This document shows positions 10,005 to 19,648 of a stretch of 64,000 nt of DNA, in pieces. A model generated the notes under the pieces. That model saw only the letters and a list, made by a program, of their open reading frames with translations. It was not told where the DNA came from and did not search any database. Within the stretch, counting starts at the first letter, position 1. Each line of letters starts with the position of its first letter. Source of the stretch: Patescibacteria group bacterium (GTDB lineage: Bacteria; Patescibacteriota; Microgenomatia; Levybacterales; GWA1-39-11). The stretch covers positions 2,304-66,303 of the forward strand of contig DASZRG010000033.1 of assembly GCA_035549295.1 (NCBI GenBank). The letters run 5' to 3'. A program made the translations under genes and the position numbers.

Positions 10005-10079
10005 CTTCAAATTATAGCAAAATTGTAAAAATATATACTATGGGTTGCAAAAATGTCGTAATTATAGTTTAATACTCCG

Positions 10080-10838
10080 ATGGCAGGAGAAAGATACCAA
10101 GGCGGATATGAAAGCCGAGGTTTTAAGCTTACAAAAACAGAAGTAGATTTGTTTAGAACGCTGACAACGATGGATAGTCAAAGCAAGCTCCATGAAGCGC
10201 ACGGGATAACTTATGACAGCGCGGAACACCATATTAAAAGAGCTGCTGGAAGAAATAGACTAAATCCAAATGTAAAAAATTCTACTACCCAAGGCGCCGA
10301 AGTCAGAATCGTTGTTAATCTAATACGCGATGAGCAGATAGTATTAAAAAATCTTCCAGAGCAACTCGACTTCACAGATGATGAAACTACAGTGGTTGCC
10401 AGTTTACTTGAGGGATTTGACAGAAATGAAACCGCGGAACTAACTGGCTTCTCACTTCGTAAAGTGAGACACATTCTAGAAAGTATTTATGTAAAAACTG
10501 GATCAACAGGACGCGGTAAACGTGGAAATGTTCATGCAGCAGCCGTTATCACCGCTTGCGATGTCCGAGACATGCAAAGAAGGAGAAGGCCATACCAATC
10601 GGATACTCCAAAAGCTCGCCGAATGCCTTTCGTTTCAAGTTCTGTAAGAACTGTAAATCAAGTGCTCACCGAGAAAGCTATAGCTGAAGTTCCCGATATG
10701 GATTATCAAAAAGTTGAGGAGGCATGGTGGATATATGCCGCCAAACACAAAGAACAATTTATGGAAGCAATGCGCGAATATCCTACAGAATTGGCAGCGA
10801 ATGTCGACAAGCTTGTTGACAGTCTAGATTCGGAATGA
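10080..10838 (+). CDS. LuxR/GerE-type HTH-containing protein
   Basis: FTDDETTVVASLLEGFDRNETAELTGFSLRKVRHILESIYVKTG matches a LuxR HTH; a possible second degenerate HTH lies near the N-terminus. Confidence 0.65.
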   Translation: MAGERYQGGYESRGFKLTKTEVDLFRTLTTMDSQSKLHEAHGITYDSAEHHIKRAAGRNRLNPNVKNSTTQGAEVRIVVNLIRDEQIVLKNLPEQLDFTDDETTVVASLLEGFDRNETAELTGFSLRKVRHILESIYVKTGSTGRGKRGNVHAAAVITACDVRDMQRRRRPYQSDTPKARRMPFVSSSVRTVNQVLTEKAIAEVPDMDYQKVEEAWWIYAAKHKEQFMEAMREYPTELAANVDKLVDSLDSE

Positions 10839-10860
10839 GAAAATTTGGATGAGCACCTAA

Positions 10861-10894
10861 CCTCACCCCAACCCTCTCCTGCTAGGAGAGGGAG
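10861..10894. repeat. CCTCACCCCAACCCTCTC-type palindromic REP
   Basis: CCCTCTCCT-GCT-AGGAGAGGG hairpin; relatives at 27794 and 31780. Confidence 0.75.
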
Positions 10895-10923
10895 ATCAAG
10901 GTTTTAGGTTATTACTAAAAACT

Positions 10924-11085
10924 ATGAATATTCCGCAGATACTTGAAACTCTAACTGATCTTATACTTCATTTCTCGTTTGAGAAGGCAAAAGATCAATC
11001 AAAGCTTGTAGCAGTTGTATTTGCTCTTGTCGCACTGGTGGTAATCTTCTTCGGATTCGTCTTTTCATTAATACCACAATTCTAA
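10924..11085 (+). CDS. small membrane protein (53 aa)
   Basis: Hand-translated MNIPQ...VAVVFALVALVVIFFGFVFSLIPQF; too short for the ORF track. Confidence 0.55.
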   Translation: MNIPQILETLTDLILHFSFEKAKDQSKLVAVVFALVALVVIFFGFVFSLIPQF

Positions 11086-11120
11086 GAGATTGCTTCGTCG
11101 CTTCGCTCCTCGCAATGACA
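11086..11120. repeat. REP/RPE-like palindrome
   Basis: GAGATTGCTTCGTCGCTTCGCTCCTCGCAATGACA; near-identical to the copy inside dprA. Confidence 0.85.
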
Positions 11121-11216
11121 TTATAGTGATTAAGATTAAAAGAATTAGTGATTAGTCAATTCTCATTGGCGGGTTAACGAGTTGACTTTGGTTACAGAAA
11201 ACTGAATACTGAGATT

Positions 11217-11909
11217 GTGGGAGAAAATAAAATCGCGAGTAAAAGTTTTTATAATAGACTTCCAAAGTCTTTGACTACCGTAACGGGCTTTTCTAAATTT
11301 ATTGCACTTTGTCTTTTTATCCTCCTACCCTTCGCAGGATTTATGATAGGCGCGAGATATCAGGCAAAAATTGACTCAACTCTAATCAGTCAGACAACAC
11401 GTCAAACCTCAACCAGCAATAATTCAACGACTAGTAAATTACCAGATACGCAAAACTGGAAAACATATACAAATGCAAAATTTGGATTTTCGATAAAATA
11501 CCCTGCCGGTATTCCCGTCTACGTACCAGATACCCCAGTAATGCCGGACAATATTACAATACCACTGCCACAGCAAATCGCAACCGATGATACCTCAGAA
11601 AAAAATCTATTAATTATTATAAGAAAGTCAGATATGACTGCTGATCAAAACGTCCAAGAAAGAATCCATCAAGATAATCTATATAATACATCAGGAGGAA
11701 AATCTAATAGCAAAGTTTTAACTTTAGTAGGAAATAAATTCCAAATATTTATGCAAGATTTTCCAAGTTTAAAAGTTATAAAATTGGAATATTTTATTGA
11801 TAGAAATGGATATCTATATCAATTCAATATCAATACATCTTATCAAAACGAATCGCAAGTTGAAGATCTTGTAAATCAAATTCTTTCAACCTTCAAATTC
11901 ACAAAATAA
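11217..11909 (+). CDS. membrane-anchored PsbP-like (WKTY) surface protein
   Basis: N-terminal TM helix, WKTYTNAKFGFSIKYP ... QILSTFKFTK. Confidence 0.75.
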   Translation: MGENKIASKSFYNRLPKSLTTVTGFSKFIALCLFILLPFAGFMIGARYQAKIDSTLISQTTRQTSTSNNSTTSKLPDTQNWKTYTNAKFGFSIKYPAGIPVYVPDTPVMPDNITIPLPQQIATDDTSEKNLLIIIRKSDMTADQNVQERIHQDNLYNTSGGKSNSKVLTLVGNKFQIFMQDFPSLKVIKLEYFIDRNGYLYQFNINTSYQNESQVEDLVNQILSTFKFTK

Positions 11910-11910
11910 T

Positions 11911-13374
11911 ATGGAAGCAAATAAAAATACTCAGACGGATCCTACTTTACCAGCGCAATCTGATCCGTTGCAATCAATTAATCCAGTTGCACCAAATAAA
12001 TACCTAAGAATATTTATCATCTTTTTGTGTTTTTTTGTTGGTATCCCACTTATTCTCATACCTATTATTATTGCAATTTTTGTTGTACCGCAACTAATGA
12101 GTCTATATAGTCATCTAGAAATTCATAATAAACCTAGCTACTTTCTAATTTATTCTGAACTATTTATTGCTGCGGCGCTTGGTGGACTAAATCCATTTTT
12201 TGGGATAAAGCTTATAAAGCACCCGACGAATCTAAAGAAAGCCGCAACTATCGCGATCCTAACCTTTTTCATTCAGGGTGTTGTGTTGGCATTAAGCTTA
12301 ATACCAATTCTTACTCCTATTTATTCACTGGTCAATCAAATCCAGGATGAGCCAACAAAAGAAAATACAAGTGTAAATCAAATAAAACCGCTCAAAACCT
12401 ATACGAATACAGAATACAATTATTCTCTAAGTTATCCTTCCAACTTGAATATTATTCCTCACGATTCCACAGCATCAAATACTTTCTCATTGACGAACAA
12501 ACCCAATCCTAAAAATGATCTGTATCCTGTTGATGAAGACAAAAAATATTTTGAGATTGAGGTGATGGTTAGTCCGGCCGATGGCCAGTCAATCAATGAC
12601 ATAGCAACAAGAATGGATAACTATAAAAATAGATCTGACTATGTAAGAACTCCCTACAAATTAGACGGAATAAATGGATATAAAGGGACAGATATTTCTG
12701 TTGACTCGTATACCATGGGGGTTGAAGTAATTAAAGACAATTACGATTATTTTATTGCTCTTAGAAAGTTTGATGACAAAAATACAGAGGGGATCAATGA
12801 TTTTAATCGAATTCTATCACTATTCAAATTTACAAACTTAACCGATGAACACCTCTGGAAAACTTATTCTAATGATGCATACGGATTCTCACTTCAGTAC
12901 CCGTCTAATTTGAAAATCGATCCTCCCGTATCAAGCGGGACCCTAGTTCCACCTTTTAACGGAAAGAGTCCGGAATTTAATAAAACGTTTATCGATACCG
13001 ATACCTACCACTACACATCGGATGACTTTATTCAAAATATTGATACTGGATATCGCTACAATGGATTCGTAATTTTTATATCCGATAATCCCGACAATGA
13101 AGATTTTTATACTTTTGCCAAAAATAACGCAACATCTATCGCATCTGCGGTTCAACCTTACACGCATAAAACTTACACAATAAATGTTACCAAAACCGAA
13201 ATAGGCGGAAGAGAAGCTTATTATTACAGTGGTTTTGAGCCACTAATATTCAACTTCTATATGGTCAGGCTTACCGATAGCAAATTCTTAATTCTTACGA
13301 ATGTGGAAGAAGCGAACGGACAATTTACTCAACAATTCCAAAAAATTCTCTCAACCATTAAATTTACAAACTAA
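11911..13374 (+). CDS. membrane protein with two PsbP-like domains
   Basis: Three TM segments and two KTY..YP ... FKFT/IKFT modules. Confidence 0.75.
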   Translation: MEANKNTQTDPTLPAQSDPLQSINPVAPNKYLRIFIIFLCFFVGIPLILIPIIIAIFVVPQLMSLYSHLEIHNKPSYFLIYSELFIAAALGGLNPFFGIKLIKHPTNLKKAATIAILTFFIQGVVLALSLIPILTPIYSLVNQIQDEPTKENTSVNQIKPLKTYTNTEYNYSLSYPSNLNIIPHDSTASNTFSLTNKPNPKNDLYPVDEDKKYFEIEVMVSPADGQSINDIATRMDNYKNRSDYVRTPYKLDGINGYKGTDISVDSYTMGVEVIKDNYDYFIALRKFDDKNTEGINDFNRILSLFKFTNLTDEHLWKTYSNDAYGFSLQYPSNLKIDPPVSSGTLVPPFNGKSPEFNKTFIDTDTYHYTSDDFIQNIDTGYRYNGFVIFISDNPDNEDFYTFAKNNATSIASAVQPYTHKTYTINVTKTEIGGREAYYYSGFEPLIFNFYMVRLTDSKFLILTNVEEANGQFTQQFQKILSTIKFTN

Positions 13375-13376
13375 AA

Positions 13377-15104
13377 ATGGACGACAACACACGAAACCCA
13401 GAACAGGACGATCAACCAGTGCAAGTCGCAAGAAAGCAAACAATAAATGACCTGAGATATCAAATCACCCAACTGCCATACATCTGGTACTTAAGTTTCA
13501 CTCTTTATGCGCTATCTCTAGGATCATTTTCTCCGTTTTTTTCCTTAATTTCGATTATTGGAATTGTATGTATATTTCTGTCGTTATTATCGTTTGCCTC
13601 ATTTGTATTTTTTATACCAAGATTTTTTAGAGTTTTTTATCTCTATGCCTTGGAAAACGGCTTCCCAGCCCTAGTCAAAGATATAAGAAGTCTCCAATTT
13701 GATAAACCTCAAAAAATTGCAATGGCTATTGTGTTTGTGTATTTCTTGATAATATTTGTAGTGTTAGTGCTGTTTGTTGCTTCAAATTTATTGCTGAACA
13801 TTACAATTCGACCTTCTATTATTCTCTCTATTGCTCGATTCCCAATATGGATCATCCTGTATTTAGATGCATATCTCCTGTTAAATTACAAAACAAATAT
13901 ACTTAAGAAATTTTCCATCCCTCAAACAACCTTAACTAAATCTATTTTCAACTCACTCGTTGGAATTTTAGTCCTAATACCCTTCTGCCTTACATCGCTA
14001 GTTGTATACTCTGCTTTTTACTCGAGAATTCACCCAGCAAAAGTTGCGTGCACGGCTGAAGCAAAGATTTGCCCTGACGGCACAACCGTTGGTCGTTCTG
14101 GTCCAACTTGCGAATTCACAAAATGCCCACCCCAAAAAACAACCGCAACAAATAACGATGCAGAAACTGCAAGATGGAAAACTTATACAAATACAAAAAT
14201 TGGCTACACAATAAAATATCCTCCTAGTTTCACTGAGCCAAATGTTCCCTGTGCTTCCTTTTGCCTTGCAAATGGCACCGAGGAGAATACTTTAATAAGT
14301 TTTTATGATAAAAACAGTAACGGCTACTCATTAACAGCATTTAAATCAATGAGCACTCTTGAACAGATAGTTAAAGAAAGGCAAACTGCTACAACATTCT
14401 CAGATATTGTTCCTCAATTTTTCCCAGACAAACCAATTAAATCTTTAAAAACAACCACCATAGATGGAATAACCACCTATTGGTATTCAACAGATCACAT
14501 CAATAAAGATGGTTCAAGTGGTGTCGACATTTACTTTTTCCAGAATGGTTACGCATTTATTTTCAGGGCTGGTGAATTTTCAAAAATAAATCAAAAACAA
14601 CTAGACGGAATGCTTTCAACATTCAAGTTCACAAACCAAAATCAAACTAGTGATAATTCAAATTGGAATGATGGGGTTATTGGTAATTTAACTTTTAAAT
14701 ATCCTTCACAATACCATGGAGGTTATGTATGCGGTAACAAGTCTGAATTTTTCATTGATACAGGTCCAATCCCTCAACAATGTCCATATGGCGATGATAC
14801 TCCAGCTTTTAATTTGGGCTTTACAAAAAATGAGACTTTGGCACAGGCAAAAAAAGATTTTCTAAGTAAAACAGGACGCATTGATCAAACAACTAAGGAT
14901 ATTGTGATAGACGGACGCGCGTCACTTGAAACAAAAGAAGTTTGGCCACCAGGACAAGATGTGGTAAATCACAATAATTGGGCTATATATATTGCAGATG
15001 GCCAGGATTTGTATGGTTTTTATTCTTTTGACCTACATATAAAAGCCGCAGACCAAGAAAAATATTTTGATCAAATTGCCTCAACCTTCAAATTCACGAA
15101 ATAA
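13377..15104 (+). CDS. multi-TM protein with Cys motif and two PsbP-like domains
   Basis: ACTAEAKICPDGTTVGRSGPTCEFTKCP motif, WKTYTN, STFKFT twice. Confidence 0.75.
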   Translation: MDDNTRNPEQDDQPVQVARKQTINDLRYQITQLPYIWYLSFTLYALSLGSFSPFFSLISIIGIVCIFLSLLSFASFVFFIPRFFRVFYLYALENGFPALVKDIRSLQFDKPQKIAMAIVFVYFLIIFVVLVLFVASNLLLNITIRPSIILSIARFPIWIILYLDAYLLLNYKTNILKKFSIPQTTLTKSIFNSLVGILVLIPFCLTSLVVYSAFYSRIHPAKVACTAEAKICPDGTTVGRSGPTCEFTKCPPQKTTATNNDAETARWKTYTNTKIGYTIKYPPSFTEPNVPCASFCLANGTEENTLISFYDKNSNGYSLTAFKSMSTLEQIVKERQTATTFSDIVPQFFPDKPIKSLKTTTIDGITTYWYSTDHINKDGSSGVDIYFFQNGYAFIFRAGEFSKINQKQLDGMLSTFKFTNQNQTSDNSNWNDGVIGNLTFKYPSQYHGGYVCGNKSEFFIDTGPIPQQCPYGDDTPAFNLGFTKNETLAQAKKDFLSKTGRIDQTTKDIVIDGRASLETKEVWPPGQDVVNHNNWAIYIADGQDLYGFYSFDLHIKAADQEKYFDQIASTFKFTK

Positions 15105-15105
15105 T

Positions 15106-16293
15106 ATGGAAGAAAGTAAAGTAGCTGATACAATCGAACCCGCCTTGAGTCCTACTCAAATAAATATTTCCGAAGCTGAAAAAAGAGAAACGAACAATAA
15201 AAAAAAGTTGTTTAAAAAGATCCTATTCGCGATACTTATTATTGTTGTTATTCTAGTAATTCATGCAATAGCGGATTGGCTTGGGGTATATACGCTATTT
15301 CAAAAACCCGAGAACACAGCGCTTCACGATGATATTTCGATGTGGCACAACTCACCTCAAGTGCCGTCATTCGAAACGCCAGCAAACTGGAAAACATATA
15401 CAAGTACTCCCGGGGCATACAAAATATCTTATCCACCTGACTACACAATAAATACTGGCCATTCGATGGGAGTTGATGGCGTCATCACTGTAGAATCTGA
15501 CAGTTACACAGAACTAATTTCAACAACCATACCTACCACAAATGAAAATATGAAAATCAGCATAGATTCGAAGCTAACAGATTACAAAACTATAGACGAT
15601 GTAGCTAGCAGCGACTGTGCCGATGCAAAAAAGGGAAGAGGGGAAGTTTATGAGCGACTCGACGGGGCGCCCTCATTGATATATCGAAATATTAACTGCG
15701 GCCCGCGATCCTCGACCAAAATTTACACCATTAATAGTGGCCGTGCCTATTCAATAACTGTTGAAAGTAATATAGAAGACGAAAAAATACGGCCGATCTA
15801 CAGCGACATACTTTTAACATTTAAATTTGCGCCTAGCAAAACTCTTGATACCTCAGATTGGAAAACATATACAAATGCAGAATTTGGATTCTCATTCAAA
15901 TATCCGAGCAAATTTACAATCAAAGAAGTGAGATATTATGATGCTGAAGGGAACTATAGAAATAAACTATACCCCGATGTTTATTACTTAATTTCGTTTT
16001 ATATAAATGAAGATGGAAAAGAAGGTTATTCAAGCTATACTTTCATCGCACAAGATTATGCTGAAAATACTATTTCGCAAGCATTTAAAGACATAAAAAC
16101 GATTCCAATTACAAAACCAAATGGTGTAGATGAGGCGTCCGCAACTAGTCACCAGCTGGACAGTGGCAACTTTGACACGATCTATAGAATTGGCAATAAA
16201 TACTACTATTTTGAACCTACTATTCAAGACAGTACAAGCCGTGAACACATATGGGATTATCCAATCCTGTCAACAATTAAATTCACAAAATAG
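15106..16293 (+). CDS. membrane-anchored protein with two PsbP-like domains
   Basis: ATG 15106, TM helix, WKTYT twice, terminal ILSTIKFTK. Confidence 0.75.
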   Translation: MEESKVADTIEPALSPTQINISEAEKRETNNKKKLFKKILFAILIIVVILVIHAIADWLGVYTLFQKPENTALHDDISMWHNSPQVPSFETPANWKTYTSTPGAYKISYPPDYTINTGHSMGVDGVITVESDSYTELISTTIPTTNENMKISIDSKLTDYKTIDDVASSDCADAKKGRGEVYERLDGAPSLIYRNINCGPRSSTKIYTINSGRAYSITVESNIEDEKIRPIYSDILLTFKFAPSKTLDTSDWKTYTNAEFGFSFKYPSKFTIKEVRYYDAEGNYRNKLYPDVYYLISFYINEDGKEGYSSYTFIAQDYAENTISQAFKDIKTIPITKPNGVDEASATSHQLDSGNFDTIYRIGNKYYYFEPTIQDSTSREHIWDYPILSTIKFTK

Positions 16294-16346
16294 TATTTTT
16301 TAATGATTAGTCGGGAATTGTTAACAGGTATATCTCTATAATTTGC

Positions 16347-16406
16347 GTCATGCTGAATTTATTTCAGCATCTCGCTTTCGAGGTCCTGAAACAAGTTCAG
16401 GACGAC
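16347..16406. repeat. inverted REP doublet
   Basis: GTCATGCTGAATTTATTTCAGCATCTC ... GAGGTCCTGAAACAAGTTCAGGACGAC. Confidence 0.85.
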
Positions 16407-16441
16407 AATTCGATATCTTGTCAATTGTTAATTGTCAGTGG

Positions 16442-18214
16442 TCAATTGTTTTTCTTCGTGAAGTAATCAGTGAGGATTTGCTTTGCTATGGGTCCTGCGA
16501 TAGATGATCCTTCTCCTCCATTTTCGACCAGAACTGTAACGGCAATTTCCGGATGGTTAAATGGCGCAAAGACTGTGATCCATGCATCGGGCGCTTTATC
16601 AGGAGAAGTCTCAGCAGTTCCAGTCTTACATGCAACTTTTACATGCACCATGTTGGCTCCGGCCGATGCATCCTGCGTATAGTCAATATTGTCGATTTTA
16701 AGCTTGGGATTTTTTACTTTAAAATCAAAAAGGGGCCATGCAACTCCGCCAGTATCGCATGCTTCAAGCATTCCTTGTCGAACCAAATTTATATTACCAG
16801 GCTTTATGAACCCTGTCTTTATAGCTTTTGTTTGGTCGGCCAAAAGATGCGGCTGCCAGAGAGTCCCACCATTGGCAAAAACTTCTGTAAATGAATTCAC
16901 CTGAAGAGGTGTCGCAAGAATATATCCCTGTCCGATTCCATAATTGTAGGTATCTCCCAAATACCATTGCTCCCCGATATTTTTCTCTTTCCATTCTATA
17001 GTCGGGATTGTTCCTTCTGCTTCCGATGGCAAATCTATATTTAACTTTGACCCCATTCCAAACGTCCTTGCCCATGAGGAAATATAATCAACACCTGTTT
17101 TTTCAGCAGTCTTGTAAAAGAAAATATCATTTGAGCGCTTGATAGCACCTACTATATTTAGGTTTCCCTCCGTCCTGCCATATTGCAAATAATACCAATT
17201 ACCAAATGAGAAGGTCCCGACTTTCAAAATACCTGTATCTTCTATCTCTGTGTTTTCGTCAATCGAACCTTTCTCAAGTGCTGCCGTTGCTGCGACTAGT
17301 TTAAAAGTCGACCCTGGGGGATACGCCCCACCTGTGGCACGATCAAGAAGCGGCAGACCCTGCGAGTCACTCAGAACGCTCTGAACATCTTTGTATTGTC
17401 CCTCAGGTTTGTAGCTTGCCGGATGCGTAAAAAGATTTGGGTCAAATGAAGGAGCTGAGAAAAGCGCTAAAATTCCACCATTGCGAGGATCGGAAACAAC
17501 TACGGCACCGTGCTCAACCCCCTTCATAGCGGACTCGACAGACAAACCGATATCACCATCAAGCGTTGTATTTAGATTGTATCCGGGAGTTGGTGGATCC
17601 TCACCAAGTTGCCTAACGAGAACTCCACGCGAATCAACTTCATACAAAAACTTTCCATCAACCCCATGAAGATATTTTTCATATTCTTTTTCAAGTCCTG
17701 ATTTACCAACAAAATCATAAGACGAATAATCGTCAAATTCTGGAAGATTTATTTCGTCCGGTGATATTTGACCAATGTATCCAACAACATGCGCAAAAGC
17801 ACCTGCTTCACGATAGTCACGTAGTACATCGTTCTGGACAGGTTTGCCATCAGATATCATACGAAGCGCTTCGTCTTTTGAAAGAAGTCGTACTTTCCCG
17901 TTTTCAATTATTTTAAATGAGGGACTATTTGATACAAGCGGCTTACCATTTCTGTCAAAAATTATTCCGCGGGGAGCCGATATAGATAGTGTTCTGGTCC
18001 TATTTTGGTCTGACAAAGTTTTGTAGTAATCCCCTCTTAAAATTTGCAGATAGAAAAGTCGAGCAAGAATAATTCCAAAGAAAAGAAAAAGGAAAAATAG
18101 TGGCGCAAGCACAAGCACTTCATCAGAAATAAGATTACTTCGCGATCTAGATCTTGAGATCCTTTCACCTTTTACACTGTCAAAAAAAGCTGGACCAACC
18201 TTTATTTTAGGCAT
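16442..18214 (-). CDS. mrdA: penicillin-binding protein 2
   Basis: PGSTFK (SxxK), SND and KTGTAE motifs; downstream of mreCD. Confidence 0.92.
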   Translation of the reverse strand: MPKIKVGPAFFDSVKGERISRSRSRSNLISDEVLVLAPLFFLFLFFGIILARLFYLQILRGDYYKTLSDQNRTRTLSISAPRGIIFDRNGKPLVSNSPSFKIIENGKVRLLSKDEALRMISDGKPVQNDVLRDYREAGAFAHVVGYIGQISPDEINLPEFDDYSSYDFVGKSGLEKEYEKYLHGVDGKFLYEVDSRGVLVRQLGEDPPTPGYNLNTTLDGDIGLSVESAMKGVEHGAVVVSDPRNGGILALFSAPSFDPNLFTHPASYKPEGQYKDVQSVLSDSQGLPLLDRATGGAYPPGSTFKLVAATAALEKGSIDENTEIEDTGILKVGTFSFGNWYYLQYGRTEGNLNIVGAIKRSNDIFFYKTAEKTGVDYISSWARTFGMGSKLNIDLPSEAEGTIPTIEWKEKNIGEQWYLGDTYNYGIGQGYILATPLQVNSFTEVFANGGTLWQPHLLADQTKAIKTGFIKPGNINLVRQGMLEACDTGGVAWPLFDFKVKNPKLKIDNIDYTQDASAGANMVHVKVACKTGTAETSPDKAPDAWITVFAPFNHPEIAVTVLVENGGEGSSIAGPIAKQILTDYFTKKNN

Positions 18215-18283
18215 TGCTATATTTAAAAAATTTCAAATTTATAATATCAAATATCCAATTTCAAATAATTCAAACGTATTTTT

Positions 18284-18694
18284 TTAGAATAGGAATTTGG
18301 ACTTTGAGAAGTAAGAAAATGTCACACCTGCAAGCGCAAAAATTAATAAGTAAATTATCAAGTTGGTGGTATAGCCTGAAATTAATGCGTAAAGATATGT
18401 TAGAACGAAAATCATAAGCAAGACTATTTTATATTCTTTAATTTCAAACAAACGACGAGCTGAATAAATAGATATAAAAGAAATAGATAATAGCAGTGGT
18501 GTTAAACCAACATTTGATGCTTTGATGGCATCAAGCAAAAATGCTAGAAACATAAGAATTATAATAGTCGCGGTCTCGGGTAAAAATAAATAAGTTATTA
18601 TTGAAAAAATAAAAAAGATTGGAAGAGATGTCAAAACACTATCAAAAAAAAGCGAAGTGAAAACTAAAAGAAACAACAAATATCTGGAATTCAT
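18284..18694 (-). CDS. mreD: MreD-like membrane protein
   Basis: Hydrophobic 136-aa ORF between mreC and mrdA; ATG 18694. Confidence 0.6.
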   Translation of the reverse strand: MNSRYLLFLLVFTSLFFDSVLTSLPIFFIFSIITYLFLPETATIIILMFLAFLLDAIKASNVGLTPLLLSISFISIYSARRLFEIKEYKIVLLMIFVLTYLYALISGYTTNLIIYLLIFALAGVTFSYFSKSKFLF

Positions 18695-18695
18695 C

Positions 18696-19481
18696 TTAAA
18701 ACTTTTCAACCACAAAGACAGTTTCGAGGCGACTAAAATCAATAGTCGTTTCGATTTTGGCTGTTTGAAATGGGAGACTCGGACTTTTGTTAACTGACAC
18801 AATCTTGCCAATAACAAGCTCTGGTGGAATACCAATCCCAGAACTTCCCACGTCTCCCGCTGTCAAAAGAAACGTATTGTTGTTAATCGTGTCGTTGATG
18901 GAGACACGATCCAGCAAAATAAAATCCTGATCGCCATGAGCAACACCTGGCGCACCTGTGTCTGATGCTTTGGCAAGTGTTACAAAATCTGGATTGATAG
19001 TCAGAATAACCTCAGAAAAGACAGGCGTAACTTTGCCAAGTTTTCCGATCAAATTATTCCCCTCAACAACCGCCATTCCCGTCTTCATCCCTAGATCTGA
19101 ACCATGATCTATCGTAAGCGTAATTGGTTGAAAAAAAGAACCGGTAAAACCAATAACTTTGACCGGTGAAAGTGTGTAAGATTTAGTTTCAGTAGTATCA
19201 AATTGTGAGCGAAAGGCGTCGTTATCGCGCTTAATACGATCGTAATCTAAGAGTTTTTGGGTGAGCTCCAAATTTTCTTTTTTGAGCTTTTCGGCTGGAC
19301 TTCCTTTCCCTGTTAGCTCGTTGTCATCGGATCGCATACCATAAATAATAGACTTTGGAACTTTGAACGTATTTTGGGCTATTGCGGCAAGCGCGCTGAA
19401 AGGCCAAGAATTATTGTTAAGTAAAATAAGAAGTGATAAAGTAAGAAAAATAAAAAGTACAGCGAGTTGTATTTTTTTCAT
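18696..19481 (-). CDS. mreC: rod shape-determining protein MreC
   Basis: TM helix plus coiled coil, TIDHGSDLGMKTGMAVV, GIPPELVIGKI. Confidence 0.88.
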   Translation of the reverse strand: MKKIQLAVLFIFLTLSLLILLNNNSWPFSALAAIAQNTFKVPKSIIYGMRSDDNELTGKGSPAEKLKKENLELTQKLLDYDRIKRDNDAFRSQFDTTETKSYTLSPVKVIGFTGSFFQPITLTIDHGSDLGMKTGMAVVEGNNLIGKLGKVTPVFSEVILTINPDFVTLAKASDTGAPGVAHGDQDFILLDRVSINDTINNNTFLLTAGDVGSSGIGIPPELVIGKIVSVNKSPSLPFQTAKIETTIDFSRLETVFVVEKF

Positions 19482-19648
19482 CCATAATATTCTAGCGCTG
19501 TGAGGCGAGAAATACAAACGTGCATGCGAATTTTATACTAATTTAACTAGTGCGAATTTATACTAATTAGTTGGTTTTAATTATTTAAATGATAAAAAGA
19601 CGGAAGAAATTAACTGGGCGTAAATCATCTGCTATAATCTCTCGCACG

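Noticed and set aside
11217-16293. Diversity-generating retroelement target array
   Set aside because: No reverse transcriptase and no TR/VR pair differing only at adenines was seen.
18695-18835. Longer N-termini given by the ORF track (mreD, argS, rplK, 26030-27181, 25-1593)
   Set aside because: They overlap neighbours or promoters; downstream ATGs fit the promoter spacing and known protein starts better.
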